Shown one piece after another: positions 25,686 to 40,315 of a stretch of DNA of 64,000 nucleotides. The DNA is taken from NCBI GenBank assembly GCA_951406725.2, contig OX597824.1:2914001-2978000 (forward strand). Direction: 5' to 3'. The notes under the pieces were generated by a model. It searched no databases, was not told the DNA's origin, and saw nothing but the letters and a program-made list of their open reading frames with translations. The position numbers were made by a program, and so were the translations under genes. Every line of letters begins with the position of its first letter. The stretch's first letter is position 1. Origin of the DNA: Octopus vulgaris (Eukaryota).

Positions 25686-26090
25686 CGGCTGTGTGGTTTA
25701 GAAGCATGCATTGCAACCGTGTGGTTCCATTTTCAATCTCGTTGCGCAGCACCTTGGGAAAATCTTTCCTGCTACAGCCCAATGCCTTGTGAATGAATTC
25801 GGGAGATGGCAACTGCGAGGAATCCTAACGTATATATGTATATGTACACTCATACATGTGTGTATGTGAGTGTGTGCGTATGTGTGAGTGTGTGGGTATG
25901 GGTGTGGGCGTATATTTGTGTTTGTATCCCCATCGCCTGACAATCGTTGTTGTTTGTTTACATCTCCATAACTTTGCATTTTAGTAAAAGGAAGAGATGG
26001 GAACAAGTAAGAGAATTTAAGAAAATAGGGACCGGAGAGCGATTTCTTCAATTGAACTCTTGAAGGCGGCGAAACAAACACAGTAAAAGA
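25686..26090 (+). mobile_element. Degenerate tRNA-derived SINE family C (CORE-like, internal TA/TG microsatellite)
   Basis: GGCTGTGTGGT head, CACCTTGGGAAA, internal microsatellite, TGTTTACATCTCCATAACTT. Homologous to 46866-47355 and 34890-35035. Confidence 0.55.
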
Positions 26091-26162
26091 TAACCGAGGC
26101 GGCAAAATGGACGAAATTATTCTGCAAAATAAAATACTCGTTCCGAAAAAAAAAAATGCTTA

Positions 26163-26575
26163 GGATCTTTTCGGTTTGAACGGCAGTTTTTAACATAATT
26201 TCTAGCTAACTAAAAAATGTTAAACTTCGTATACTGGTAGAATGTCTTTTATAAAACATCTTTTTCTCTTGGCTTTATTGAGAAAATTCTATGGTTTGTA
26301 AGATATTTGTTGTTGTTTTTCTTCAATTTCTGCAATTTCAACCAATCACTGACGTCTATCGAGGTAAAAAAACATTCTGTGCTGTATGAATATGTCCCTC
26401 GTTTAAGAAACCGATTGGGTTTATTTACATTTGTGAAGAAAAAAAGATACCCTTCCCCCCACCCCTAACTCTAAAACAGATTGAAATGCAATAGATCGAT
26501 ACTAGGGTCATAATTATGGGTGACAATTTCATATGACACCGCTAGAAAAAACTGCCGTTCAAACCGAAAAGATCC
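26163..26575. mobile_element. MITE with 29-bp perfect TIRs and a perfect 8-bp TSD
   Basis: TIR GGATCTTTTCGGTTTGAACGGCAGTTTTT with its exact reverse complement ending at 26575. TSD AATGCTTA at 26155-26162 and 26576-26583. Confidence 0.92.
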
Positions 26576-28112
26576 AATGCTTAAAATAACAAAATTACAA
26601 TGATTAATAATTATAAATTTCCTGAGTGACTGGTACCAAATTAGTTATTAATTAATGTATTTTAATCAATATCTGAAATTACAATTTATTTGTTACTGGA
26701 TGTTCAGATTTTATTTTTATGATCTAGCAGTTGGTATCTATGTAACTATTAATTACTTAATGAAATTTTGTGCAAGCTATTTTTAGTTTGGTAAGTTTTA
26801 ATTGCACTTATATATATTCACACTTGCGAAGAAAAAATTATTAATTTTATATATTATATATAATTCATTTAATGTGTTCAAATGCTGCCTAGGTCAAATT
26901 TTGTCTTCTACCTTTATTATTTCAAACAAATACAGAAAAATATATTTTGAGAAAATGTATTTTGAAAATGATTTTGAAAGCTGAAGTCTTACGATATTCG
27001 TGACAAACTTCACTTTAGCCTTCTCGATCTATCTTGCTTTCGACTGAGCAGATTTTGCTATTTCTACTTTCTACCATAAAAAGATATTGAGCTGGTAAAA
27101 CCGCTCGGGCCGCCAGACAAAATGCCTTGCCGTATTTCAGTCGTCACTTACGTTCTGAGTTCACGCTGTCAGAATATACTTTACCTTTAATCTCAACGGT
27201 TTCGATAAATTGAAGTGCCAGCAAGGGACTGAAGTCGATGGCATCTACCACCTCACTTCCATCCAATTTGTTGTTCTTGTGCCTAAATCAGAGCCAATTT
27301 TTCTATCTTGAATCTTTCTTTCGCAACACCATTATTGGTTGAAGAAGACCAACACTGAAGCTGGCATGATTTTAGTGAAGTGTTCACTGTATAACATCAC
27401 TTTGGATATCACAGAGTCCAGCAGGCGGAGGTCAAGGCCATCAAGTTGACGTCAGAAGCACAGCAGTGATTGCTTCAATGTGGCAGTGGATCAAGTGGGG
27501 TGGAACCCTGAATGAGGCTTACTGGTATATGAGCACTGAATGAGGTAATGGTAAGTGAACACAAACTCGGGTTTGATCAACCCTAGCTGGATCACCTGGG
27601 TAAGAATGTCTGATTGTTGAAAGACCGGACATAACCTATGGCCACATGTAGCATCCGTGTCACTGACGATGTATCCAGATGCATCGCAAGACGATGTAGA
27701 AAACGATTGCCGTGTGAAAGTTCACTTACCGAGATTGCTACAGGAAAACCTTTCATAATTTATTCGGCCATTAAGGTAGTTTTAGCGGAGTGGGACACGT
27801 TCTGATAGTTTCTTTGTGTAGCTAATACTTGGTTGATTTTTGTGTGTTTCATTTACTTACATTAATGTACACCTTGCATTTTTCGCGAAATGCTTATCAA
27901 AAATGATGGATCTTTTTTATCGGTACCTTCGTACGACTTAGTGATGCATTCCACTCCAAATATCAACATATATTTTCGAAGACTAAAAGACTTTCAAGAA
28001 TTTCTTCGGTCTATCTAAGAATTGCAATTTAAGGATTTGCTATTGTTATAGTTATTGTGTGGTTATTATTGTTGTAGTTCTTATTGTTGTAATTATGGTG
28101 GTAGCTGTTGTT

Positions 28113-28469
28113 GCTGTTGCTGTTGAGCGAACGATCTTCGTCCCAGAGCTCGGAAAATGGGAGAAGTCAAAACGTGTTCCTTTGCTATTCGTAAGACCCG
28201 CAGAAGAGAAAGCAGGTCAACCCCCGATACCGAGAGCATCGACGGATGGATGAATGCGCATCCAGGCTCAGCGGTTGCGTAGGAAGTCGCGGACAAGAAA
28301 CAAGAAGAAAGAGTGAGAGAAAGTTGTAGCGAAAGAGGACAACAGGGGTCGCCATCACCCCCTGCCAGAGCCTCGTGGGGCTTTAGGTGTTTTCGCTCAA
28401 TAAACTCACACAACGCCCGGTCTGGGAATCGAAACAGCAATCCTCCGACCACTGGGCCATTGCGCCTCC
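28113..28469 (-). mobile_element. tRNA-derived SINE family D with (CAA/CAG)n tail
   Basis: Minus head GGAGGCGCAATGGCCCAGTGG (A box) and GTTTCGATTCC (B box). Body closely matches 42560-42866. Confidence 0.8.
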
Positions 28470-28939
28470 ACTGTTGTTTCTGTGGATATTGTTGTTGTGG
28501 TCATTGTACTCGTTGTTGTTGTTTGGTAGCTGTAGTAGTTGCTGTGATTACAGTTGTTGCTATTGTTACTCCAGGTGACCACCACAATTAACAAATCATT
28601 AATCAGCACTAAATGAGTGATTCTCCTTAGTTGCGTCGGTTGTCTTAAAGCTTTCATCATTCAGTAATCCTCTGCCGTGATTCTGAATCTACGATGATTT
28701 CGGGGCGTTCGTTAAAGCCTCTGTTACGTAACCGTGATCCACAACCGAATGTATTCCAACCGTCATCATTGGGTCGTCACAACCGGTAACATTAGGCGCC
28801 ACAGTCTTTCTCTTTCGAATGATAGTTGAGAGTTCTATGAGGGTGAATGTTTGGCAGTCATTTTCAGCAGATCAGGCCATTTAGTTTGTCACATGACACA
28901 ATTTAAGTACAAAAATATATAATGTACACATATGCATAC

Positions 28940-28988
<49 letters not shown>

Positions 28989-30334
28989 GATAGATAGATA
29001 AATATAGATATATATGTATGTATGTTTGTTTGTTTTTATGTTTTTATGTTTGTATGTTTGTATGTATGTATTAATGAGACGCTCCGAGAAAGAAAGAGTA
29101 GTTGTCTTATGTTTCGAGCAAAGCTCTTCTTTGGAAACAGAAGACAGGAAAGTCCAAAAGAAAAGGAAGAAGGAAAAATCTCCAACGGTCCACAACTAGT
29201 TACATTTTTGACACATACCCACACACATACACACACACACACAAACACACACACATATATCTATATATATATACACATACACATACACATATACATACAT
29301 GTATGTATATATACGACTTTCATGTTTAGAACTCTTAGATTATCGTAATTCATCCTGCTTCCCGTACAGTTGTTAAGTAACTTCTATACTGAGTTAGGGT
29401 TTTTGTCTATCAGAATGTTCTCATACTTGAATTTTATTTGTAGCGTTCTGGGTGTATAGAGTTGTTTCTGAGGTTTTCATTTCTGGACGTCTTCCTGCCT
29501 TCGTATTACACGTATATCACCCACACCCACATACATAGAGTGAATATCATTTTTGACCTACTTGGTTCCACTTCTTTCTCTAATGGTCATATACAACGCC
29601 ACAAAACAAACATTATGCTTGCAATTGCTCTTTGCAAGAAAATTTGAAAGCACTGCACCACAGAATCCGAAGTAATACTACAAATAATACGGAACATATA
29701 TATGGCCATAAATCTCCAATTTGCAACAATTACTAACCTTAGTATTGGAGTAATTTGACCTCTGAACAAAAGCAATAACCTATTTGAATAACTTCACCTG
29801 TCTCTCGCAATATCATTTTAATTCTTGTCGTTTGACCAATACAAAGGTCATCCCAGCAATTTAAGCTTCCTCTAATAATTTCACTTAAATCCATTGATAA
29901 TGCAAACATTAATAGAAATCCGATGATGATAATGCAAAGATTAGTAAAGATAAGAATTATCTTAACCTCTTAATATTTACACCCATTTTAAGAATAAGTT
30001 TCCAGTACAACCTCTCCATGTTTGAATTTGTTTCCAAACACACTTATTACCTCATCTTCGCACACCGTTTCAAGGTCAACATACTTTCATAACAGCTGCA
30101 ATCAATTTATTCTACCCGATAGTCGTGAACAGCTCGGTCCGAGGTAAATCTAAGAGTAGACTTTCAACTTTTCAAATAATGAACATATACAAACCAATGT
30201 TCTATCCAAACGCATCTATAATTTACAGAAATGTTGTCCAGAAAATCCCCAAAATCATAAAAGCAAAATGTGCAAGATAAACGTCTCACTGATGACGTAT
30301 GAATCTTACTATTAAAAGTTCAAATTTCGGTGGT

Positions 30335-31751
<1,417 letters not shown>

Positions 31752-32164
31752 AAGATAAAACTAGAACATAGTCTAAAAGAAATGATTTTCTCCATATATG
31801 TATGCCTATTTACCTACATCTATCTCACTAACTGTATATATTCTGCTACAATGTAATTCTTTTATTCCCTAATTCTGATGAAAAATTTACTAAAAATGTA
31901 TAATGGAGTTTCCTGTAAGTTGAAAACCTATATGGTCTTATGCGACCGAGGAGAGCTGTTTATTTCAAATTGATACCATGCTTGCATTGATCGATTAAAT
32001 GGATCCACGTGAAACGGCCGTAATGCACTAATACCTGGACATCCTTGTAATTTATTTGCTTTTTATTCACCTAACTTCTAGCTGTGCGGACAATACCGTA
32101 CTGACTCGGTGCCTCAACTTAATTACCTGATTCAACTGAATATTAATTATATATATATATATAG

Positions 32165-32350
32165 AGTCAAATCAATTGATCATTAAAGGCAAGAATAACA
32201 AACAATAAGAAGACGTGCACATGGGGTGTATTAGTTTGAGACTCAGTCAAAAGAAGGAGTGTTTGGTGTTTCGAACATAGCTCTTCGTCAGAAAGCAATA
32301 AAGAATAAAGGGAAACGTTGAAAGGAGGAGCGAAAATCATTAAAAATACG
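32165..32350 (-). mobile_element. (TA)n-adjacent short element with degenerate hammerhead motif at 32262-32294
   Basis: Minus strand reads ttt CTGACGA a GAGC-tat-GTTC GAAA cacc aaa. Shares a GTATTAGT..GAGACTCAG motif with related units. Confidence 0.5.
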
Positions 32351-32538
32351 TGTGTACTTTTATATCATCCTTCCAACTGATTTGGAGTACTTGATTCATA
32401 CATTTTGTTACTCTACTCTATACACACACACACACACGCACACACACACACGCATACACACACACAAATACATACATATATATATATATATACACACATT
32501 TTTTCTCTCTTTGTTCTCTCCTTGTTTTTTCTGTGTCC

Positions 32539-32574
32539 CTTTCTGTAGAAGAGCGTAGGCTCGAAACGTAAAAG
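32539..32574 (+). ncRNA. Minimal type I hammerhead-like motif with A6U core variant
   Basis: cttt CTGTAGA a GAGC-gtag-GCTC GAAA cg TA aaag, within a microsatellite-flanked unit at 32498-32666. Confidence 0.55.
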
Positions 32575-32827
32575 ACTTTTTTCTATTCATGAGCGTTATA
32601 CTAATACTTCTGTATGTTTTGTACACCACCTGTTATCATCTTTTGTTTTTTTCGTAAAGTCTCTCTATATATATATACACATACATACGTACATATGTAT
32701 GTATACACACATACATACATAAATACATATATACGTACATATATATATATATATATATATACATACATACATAAATACATATATATATATGTACACAGAT
32801 ATACATATATATACACACGCACACACG

Positions 32828-32887
<60 letters not shown>

Positions 32888-33420
32888 TGCATGTATGTAT
32901 GTATGTGCGCATATTAGTTGAGTAGTAATTTTATGACTGAATTGAAAACAAATTGTATGGCTAAATTCGTTTCGTATAGATCTCCATAGAAAACTTGTAA
33001 TCAATAAAATATCTTTACTGAGTTCTCAGCCCCCAAATCGTTTCTTGTTTGGTTTTAATATGCAAGAAGAAGCAGCACTCGAAAGATACCATGATCTTAG
33101 CGCTGAGAATTCAACACATACATATTGTGTGAATTTATTCCATTGGCATCTTTACTAAAGCAATTTGCTACAAGCGTTTGTCATTAATTCAATTGTAAAA
33201 GTATCTTTACATAGTTTAAATTATTACAAAAGTTAGTTAAAATTTATCTTTTCTCAAAGTTTCACACTATCAACCGAAAATAGCAGAATCTCTAAATAAC
33301 TGCATTCAGTGAATTTTGCTTTCGATTATTTTTCTACGATTACTTCTGATGCTGTTGCCGTGAAATTTTAGTTTCATGATGGCCATATAAACCTGTGTTG
33401 TCTTTTAAAAATCAATAAAA

Positions 33421-33650
33421 GGCGGCGAGCTGGAAGAAACGTTAGCACGCCAGGCAAAATGATTAGCGGTATTTCGTCTGCCGCTACGTTCTGAGTTCAA
33501 ATTCCGCCGAGTTCGACTTCGCCTTTCATCCTTTCGGGGTCGATAAATTAAGTACCAGTTACGTACTGGGGTCCTTGTAATCGACTTTATCCGTTTGTCT
33601 GTCCTTGTTTGTCCCCTCTGTGTTTAGCCCATTGTGAGTAGTAAAGAAAT
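33421..33650 (+). mobile_element. SINE family A, full length
   Basis: Same head, central domain and tail as the other copies. Confidence 0.88.
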
Positions 33651-33819
33651 AGGTATCTCACCTACATCTACGAGTAGAGTTCCAGTTCAGCCGAGGTTGT
33701 CTTTACCTTCTCTTTTTTCGGAGTCGATGAAACAAGTACCAGTTGCAGACTGGGGGTAATTGATGTGTCATAAATTTCAGGCTTTGTGCCTATAGTAGAA
33801 AGGATAGTTATTAATTTGA

Positions 33820-34255
33820 TTAAAATCCCCAGCTTTATTATGCCGAGTATGATGGAAAGTGTCAGCTGATCACAACAAACTCAAGTGCCACATGTTTACT
33901 AATCATGCCTCAAGAAAACCAGGAGAGAATTCTTGAAGCAACGATGATCTTTATACGTGTTCTATCTTGACAATTGTACCAATCTTTTGGGGCCATGCTG
34001 GTGGTTGAGTGCTGGCAATTCCAAGCGGTCCACTTACTATTGGTATTACGTCCACTCTCTTCATTAACCTCAACCTGCGTATTTCCCACTTTAATTCCTT
34101 TTAGTTGTTCGCTTTTATTTCTTCTCTCTTTTTGATCCTGTTATTTCCAGGAATGCCATGTCGATTACCAGACATGTTTTTTTTCTTTTTTTTTTTATTA
34201 TTCATCCCACCAATATTGAGTTTCCGTTGTTTGATCTGATGGTCTCACTGAATCG
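33820..34255 (-). mobile_element. Degenerate R4/Dong-like LINE 3' remnant
   Basis: Homologous to 37045-37560 (shared AAAATCCCAGCTTTATT..GAGTATGAT.GAAAGTGT). Minus translation includes DHQIKQRK and VDVIPIVSG. Confidence 0.55.
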
Positions 34256-34271
34256 TTATATTTTATATCTT

Positions 34272-34646
34272 ATATCTATCCAATATACTGCTGGTAGAAT
34301 ACCCAATTATTAATACACGTGTTTTTTATTGCAATGCAATTACATTACCTAGTGTACGAAATGGGTGAAGGAAAAGAGCTACTTTACCATTAATTTATAT
34401 ATAAAGAATAATATGTTATATGTATATTATTATCAGTTTAGTAAATAAATAAATAAGTTAACATAATGTCTAAAATTTGATGAACCACCTATTGATCTCC
34501 ACCATTTTCTTATTGCTATATAAATTAATGGTAAAGTAGCTCTTTTCCTTCACCCATTTGGTACACTAGGTAATGTAATTGCATTGCAATAAAAAACACG
34601 TGTATTAATAATTGGGTATTCTACCAGCAGTATATTGGATAGATAT
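34272..34646. repeat. Near-perfect inverted repeat, ~128-bp arms with ~117-bp spacer
   Basis: 34272-34399 is the reverse complement of ~34518-34646; I see one mismatch (TACGAAAT vs ATTTGGTA). Confidence 0.9.
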
Positions 34647-34690
34647 TATCCCTTAGTTGGTTGGATTCACAACCTCTAACTTTCTGGGAG

Positions 34691-34760
<70 letters not shown>

Positions 34761-34793
34761 GTATGTATGTATATACTTGTATATATATATATG

Positions 34794-34831
<38 letters not shown>

Positions 34832-35425
34832 TGTGTGTGTGTGTGTGTGTGTGTACGTGTGTGTATGTGTGTGTGTGTGCGCGTGTGTGTGCGTGTGTTT
34901 GTGTCTCTGTGTGTACCCCCACCATCGTTTGACTACCGCTGCTGCTCTGTTTACGTCCCCGTAACTTTGCCGGTCGGCAAAACACATCGATAAAATAAGT
35001 TCTATGCTTACAAAGAAGACATTCTGAGGTCGATTCCTTACATACATCTGTCACCCAACGCCTACCTTGCAACTGTCCACTATTTCACTATTTCGTCACA
35101 ATTAATCTTCTCGTCGTAAAATGACAAACATTTCGCCGTCAATGAAGAAGATTCCACTTTTGAATATGAACAAGTCCTCTCATTGTTGCTAAGTATTGCT
35201 ATTTGAAATGAATGAATGAATAATATATTAACTATATTGAAATATTTTTCTCTTATTTTCCCCTCCAGCTCCAATTCCGATAAACCTTCTCTGATAAATG
35301 AACACTCGTACCTTTTGCACACTCTTTTCGACTTGGCTGTAATATTATTTGAACAAATTATGCTTTATAAGTTGAGAGCGGATATTTTTTACCTCACTAT
35401 TTCTGTTCATCTTAAGTTTTATTTA

Positions 35426-35507
<82 letters not shown>

Positions 35508-36646
35508 TGTTTTTGCCGCTATTCAAGCAAGCAAATAAACTAGTTTTGAAAGGTAGCGGGGATTTGATTCCGATTCAGTAATGTAGCTTCATGTTTGGAA
35601 AAATAACATCTGCCTTTTTCCAGTGATGAAAGGTAAATTTATAAGAAAAATGATTCTCGCATGTTGTCATGGCATCCTTGATATCATATTGGGATTCATT
35701 TATGTAAATATCATTGAGATTATGTGAGACTGTGCGAGTAAGTTTCAATACGTGCACGTGTGTGTGTGTTTGTGTGTGTGTGCGAGTGTATGTGTAAAGA
35801 GAGAGAGAGTTTGTGTGCGTGCGTGCGTGTGGTTGTGCACATGTGCGTGTGTGTGTTTATGTGTACATGTGTGTGTTCAGCAGCGTGAAGTAAGTTTTGT
35901 CTGTTCTACCGGTTCTCATATTCATTTTATGCTAACCATTTCTAACTTCCTGTGTTGAGCATTCTACAATCTTTCTCCAAACTCTTTCTTTCAAAATAAT
36001 CGTTGTTTATTTATTTAAATTATTTAAATTTCTCTCGTATCTAACTTACTTTATTTTCGCCTTTATGGTTCCAGTAAACACGAGAACCAGATGCGGATGG
36101 ATATAAGATCACTGAAGTATTAAGCGATATTCATCGCCTTCAAAATTACTTGCCTCCGTCCCTTAACTGATGGCCTTAGGTTCCATGTAATATGTATTAT
36201 AAACAGACATGACCAGCAACACTACACACTTCCTTTCCGTGCTGTCTGTGTGTCTCTCGTTCTCCTCTGTTCCCCTTTCTTAATACAGATTTTTGCTTAT
36301 TGCACACTAAAACGAGAACCACAAATTCAAACTAAGCTGATAGCAACGGAAATGTCAGGATAAAGTTGGTACTGTGCCGTTTCCTTTCCTTTCCCAAAAT
36401 TTTAGAAATAAGACGAAACTTGAACACTGCTTAAGAACTGATTCCACCTCTGCTTCTCAGTTAAATATACAGGAACAGGAAGGGAACATCGCTAGAAAAA
36501 AAGCACATGGTGACACACCAACATACATTTATGTTCATATTTGAACTCGAAGTCGCATGAAAATAATGGATACTTCAATGAATGTATGACTTAATGCGTC
36601 TCTTTGGTAAATGAAACAAATACCAGTAATATACTAGAAAGAAGTT

Positions 36647-36842
36647 GAAAGCAGCGAAATGCTTTGAGGTATTTCGTCCGCCGCTGCGTTCTGAGTTCAA
36701 ATTCCACCGAGGTCGACTTTGCCTTTCATCCTTTCGGGGTCGATAAATTAAGTACCAGTTACGCTCTGGGGTCGATGTAATCCCTTTGTCTGTCCCTGTT
36801 TGTCCCCTCTATGTTTAGCCCCTTGTGGGCAATAAAGAAATA
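36647..36842 (+). mobile_element. SINE family A, 5'-truncated, with 11-bp TSD
   Basis: TSD AGAAAGAAGTT at 36636-36646 and 36843-36853. Confidence 0.85.
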
Positions 36843-37044
36843 AGAAAGAAGTTCTAATCAACCATAGAGAAGAGATGCTCTACAATTTTCGAAAAGATTA
36901 AAGGAAATGTCCGCTTTGGCAGAATTCGAACTCAGAACGTAAAGACGGACGAAATACTGATAAGAATTTTGTTGAGCTTGCTAACGATTCTGCCAGTTGG
37001 TCGCCTTAACGAGGAATAATGATATTACCGATATTATTGCATCA

Positions 37045-37620
37045 TGAAAAATCCCAGCTTTATTTCACTGAGTATGATAGAAAGTGTTAGCTTTCTGCAG
37101 ACAGCAAACTAAGGCGACGCTTGTTTACCGATCCTGCTTCAAGAACCTTGCGCCGGACTCTTGCAGTTTTAAGCGATGATGATTTTTATACGTGTTCTAT
37201 CTTTACTTTCGTCCCAAACTTTTTGAACTACGTTGGTGGTTGAGTACTGATACTTCCAAGCATGCCAACCACTATTGGTATCACATCCACTCTCTCCATT
37301 ACCTGCAACCTGCGTATTTCCCACTTCATTTTATCATAGTTGTTCACTTTTTATTATTTTTTTTTGTCTTCGATTCTGTTGTCACCAGGGCATGCTATGG
37401 CGATTATCAGGCATGTTTTCTTTTCTGTTCATCACAACAATATCAGGCTTTCGATCTCTGCCCGATGGTCACACTGAAGCATTGCATCCCACAGCATTTT
37501 GCAGTCCTCATTATCAGTAACCCCTTGTGAGATGTGGTCAAACCACGCTTTTGATGTTTCTACTCCGTGGTTTCCACAGAGCTTCATTCTCATAATCTCA
37601 ACCTTTGAAACTAACTTTCT
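37045..37620 (-). mobile_element. R4/Dong-like LINE 3' remnant (restriction-like endonuclease domain)
   Basis: Minus translation DNEDCKMLWDAMLQCDH..RKPDIVVM..CLIIAIACPGDNR..VDVIPIVVGMLG, the PD-(D/E)xK RLE region. Confidence 0.7.
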
Positions 37621-37833
37621 CCCCCAAGAAATTCATATTTCTGTTTAAATTGAGCATCAAAATACCTTGGAGGGTTTTGCGAGAGTTATAGGCAGTGTCC
37701 ATTCTTGCTGGCAGAAAACATGAAAAAGATTTGGACTAAGATTTAAAACTTAAGATATGGGTTTTAGTGGAAGGCTTGGTTTACTGTACTGATAGCGTTC
37801 GTAGATAGGGTGATGGTCTCTATGATGATGACG

Positions 37834-37864
<31 letters not shown>

Positions 37865-38347
37865 TGACGATGATGATGATGAAGGTGGATGGTGATTGTT
37901 ATGTTGCTTGAAATGGCGGTGGTGGTAGTGGTGGCAGCTGCGAAAGCGAAGGTGAAAGCGACGATGATGATAACGATCGCAACAAGGACGACGACTCAGT
38001 TCCAAAAAAGTGAAAATAATAAAACCAACAAGAAAAGACTGGAGAGTCAAACCGTGTTCGAAGAATATTTTAGGCTGACAACAAAGGGTGCAATTCTTGA
38101 TAGAAATCAATGGTTTCCATAGAAGTCTGATTAGTTCTCTGGTTTTAGACTGTTTAACAACTGAAGACAATAAAGAACTCTTTCAATTAATAAAAAGACT
38201 AAATAGAAACGACGCGGCGAAACAGATGGGAGAAACTAAAATTTAGAAAAAAAAACTTTCTAATTACGATATAATTAGATTTCAACTCTTATTTCATAAT
38301 GAAGAAATATTGTCATGACCTCTGTAGAATACGTGGTATTATAGAAA

Positions 38348-38745
38348 GGCAGGGAGCTGGCAGAACTGTCAGAAAAATGCTTAGCTGTATTTCTTCAGAG
38401 TTACTACGCTCCTAGTTCAAATTATGTTATTACCTATCTTCCTTTCAGGGTCGATAAAATAAGTACCAGTTGAGAACTGGGGCTGATGTAATCGACTTAC
38501 TCCCTCCCCTGAAATTGCTGGCCTTGTGCCAAAATTGGAAATCATTATTATTATTACTAAAGCAGTCAGCTGGCGTATTGCGCTGGCAGAAGCGTTAGCA
38601 TACGGGGCGAAATGCGTAGCGGCATTTCATCTGTCTTTACATACTGAATTCAAATTCTACTGAGGTCGATTTTGCTTTTCATCCTTTTGGGGTTTATAAA
38701 ATAAGTACCAGTTGAGAACTTAGGTCGATGTAATCGACTTGACCG
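38348..38745 (+). mobile_element. Two consecutive older SINEs (family A head; first with tail B ending in (ATT)n)
   Basis: GGCAGGGAGCTGGCAGAA head, GGGTCGATAAAATAAGTACCAG, tail AATTGCTGGCCTTGTGCCAAAATTGGAAATCATTATTATT. Second copy starts at ~38560. Confidence 0.7.
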
Positions 38746-39304
38746 CTTCTTCAAAAGGATTCTATTGAGATGGCGAGTTCCTTTGCGGTATTTCTTCCGA
38801 CTCATTACGTTCTGCGTTTAAATTCTGCGAACGTGATCTTTGCCGTCCATGCTTTCAGAGTCGATAAGATGTATTCGACTCGCCCCAACATTTCCGGTCT
38901 GGTTTCAAAATTAGAAAGAAATATATAAGCCAACGAAGGACCCTCTTTATTGCCGTTTAGCTTATTAGAAATAACAGCCAAATTTCTCTCAAATCTCACC
39001 ATCTTGGGGAAAACAAACGTCAGAGAATGCAGTCCTGGATTTCCTGCACATAGGAGCAAAAAAAATGGGATAGTCACGGCTAAATTGCATTTATCATGTC
39101 TGATATGACCCAAGATAAAACAAGAAAATGGATTTCTTATAGTTTTGTTAAAGGAAAATCCTATTGACAACAACAACGACAGTAAGGACCCAAATTCCAG
39201 AACTATAATGGATTCCGAGGAGAATAAACGAGATAGTATATGACCCCTTTCTGATCGGGAGGCCACACCACTGAATGATTAAATTCTAGCAATTATAGTA
39301 TTCC

Positions 39305-39442
39305 TTTTAGCTGAGTAAACTGGAGCAACAGGAAATGAAGTACTTCTTTGAAGGACAATAACACACTGCAATATCCAGGAATCAAACCCATGACTTCACG
39401 ATCATGAGATCAACACTCCTAAACATAAGGCCACACACCTTC
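39305..39442 (-). mobile_element. Degenerate tRNA-derived SINE 5' part (separate family)
   Basis: Minus strand GGTGTGTGGCCTTATG..GGTTTGATTCC boxes followed by TTGCTCCAGTTTACTCAGCT. Confidence 0.45.
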
Positions 39443-39712
39443 AAAGTGATAAGATGGATGCTAGTAATAATAACATCAATCTTCTAAACAACAATGACTA
39501 CAACAGTTGGCTGCTAACCTGGTCCATAGCGACCACTTGGCATAATGACCCGCCCAAGCTTTCGTTACAACAAAACCTGTTTCAGTACGCGATTTCATAT
39601 CAAGAAGCTTGAAGATCAAATACAACAATGAATTATACGTCGGTTTGTCTGTCTGTGTCTATGTATGTATGCATAAACTTGTCTTCGTCTTTTGTTTTTC
39701 TATATGTCTCAA

Positions 39713-39784
<72 letters not shown>

Positions 39785-40273
39785 CATAATGGAAGAAGTA
39801 TTTGAAATCCGGCCAGATAGCTTGCAAGCACTCTGAAAACATCTAGACTTGGCTAGCCACATCGAAAGATCGGAAACATTTAGAATCGTTCAAGAAAAAC
39901 GGTTAAACTCTACTTCCTTTATTTGGTAAATCCTGAATTCACTTCAGTATATTTCATGTAGCATCGAGTATATTTTCAAGAAATTATAATGAAGAATGGG
40001 GAATTTTATAGCTTCAAAATGTATCAAAGCATATTTCTTCATATTACGTTCTGATAATATGAGTTTTGTGCATTTAGTTGATTTTTATTACATCAATTTT
40101 AGTACACGTTCAAATCTAGGTGTTGGCAGTCCTATATAGCTTTATTCGAGGTGTTTCCCGTACTGGTATGTAAAGCGATCGTTTGAAGCGTTCGCTCGAA
40201 GAAAATGTTTAATAAATAAAATTTGAAGATGTATAACTTACCGTTCTTCGTTATGATATCTTTATTATACAGC

Positions 40274-40315
<42 letters not shown>

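Noticed and set aside
27655-27720. CTGACGA...GAAA hammerhead candidate, and CTGATGA at ~30289
   Set aside because: Stems I and III and the cleavage triplet cannot be formed convincingly.
28405-28469. tRNA-like A and B boxes, also present in other SINE heads
   Set aside because: No complete cloverleaf; these are heads of multi-copy SINEs.
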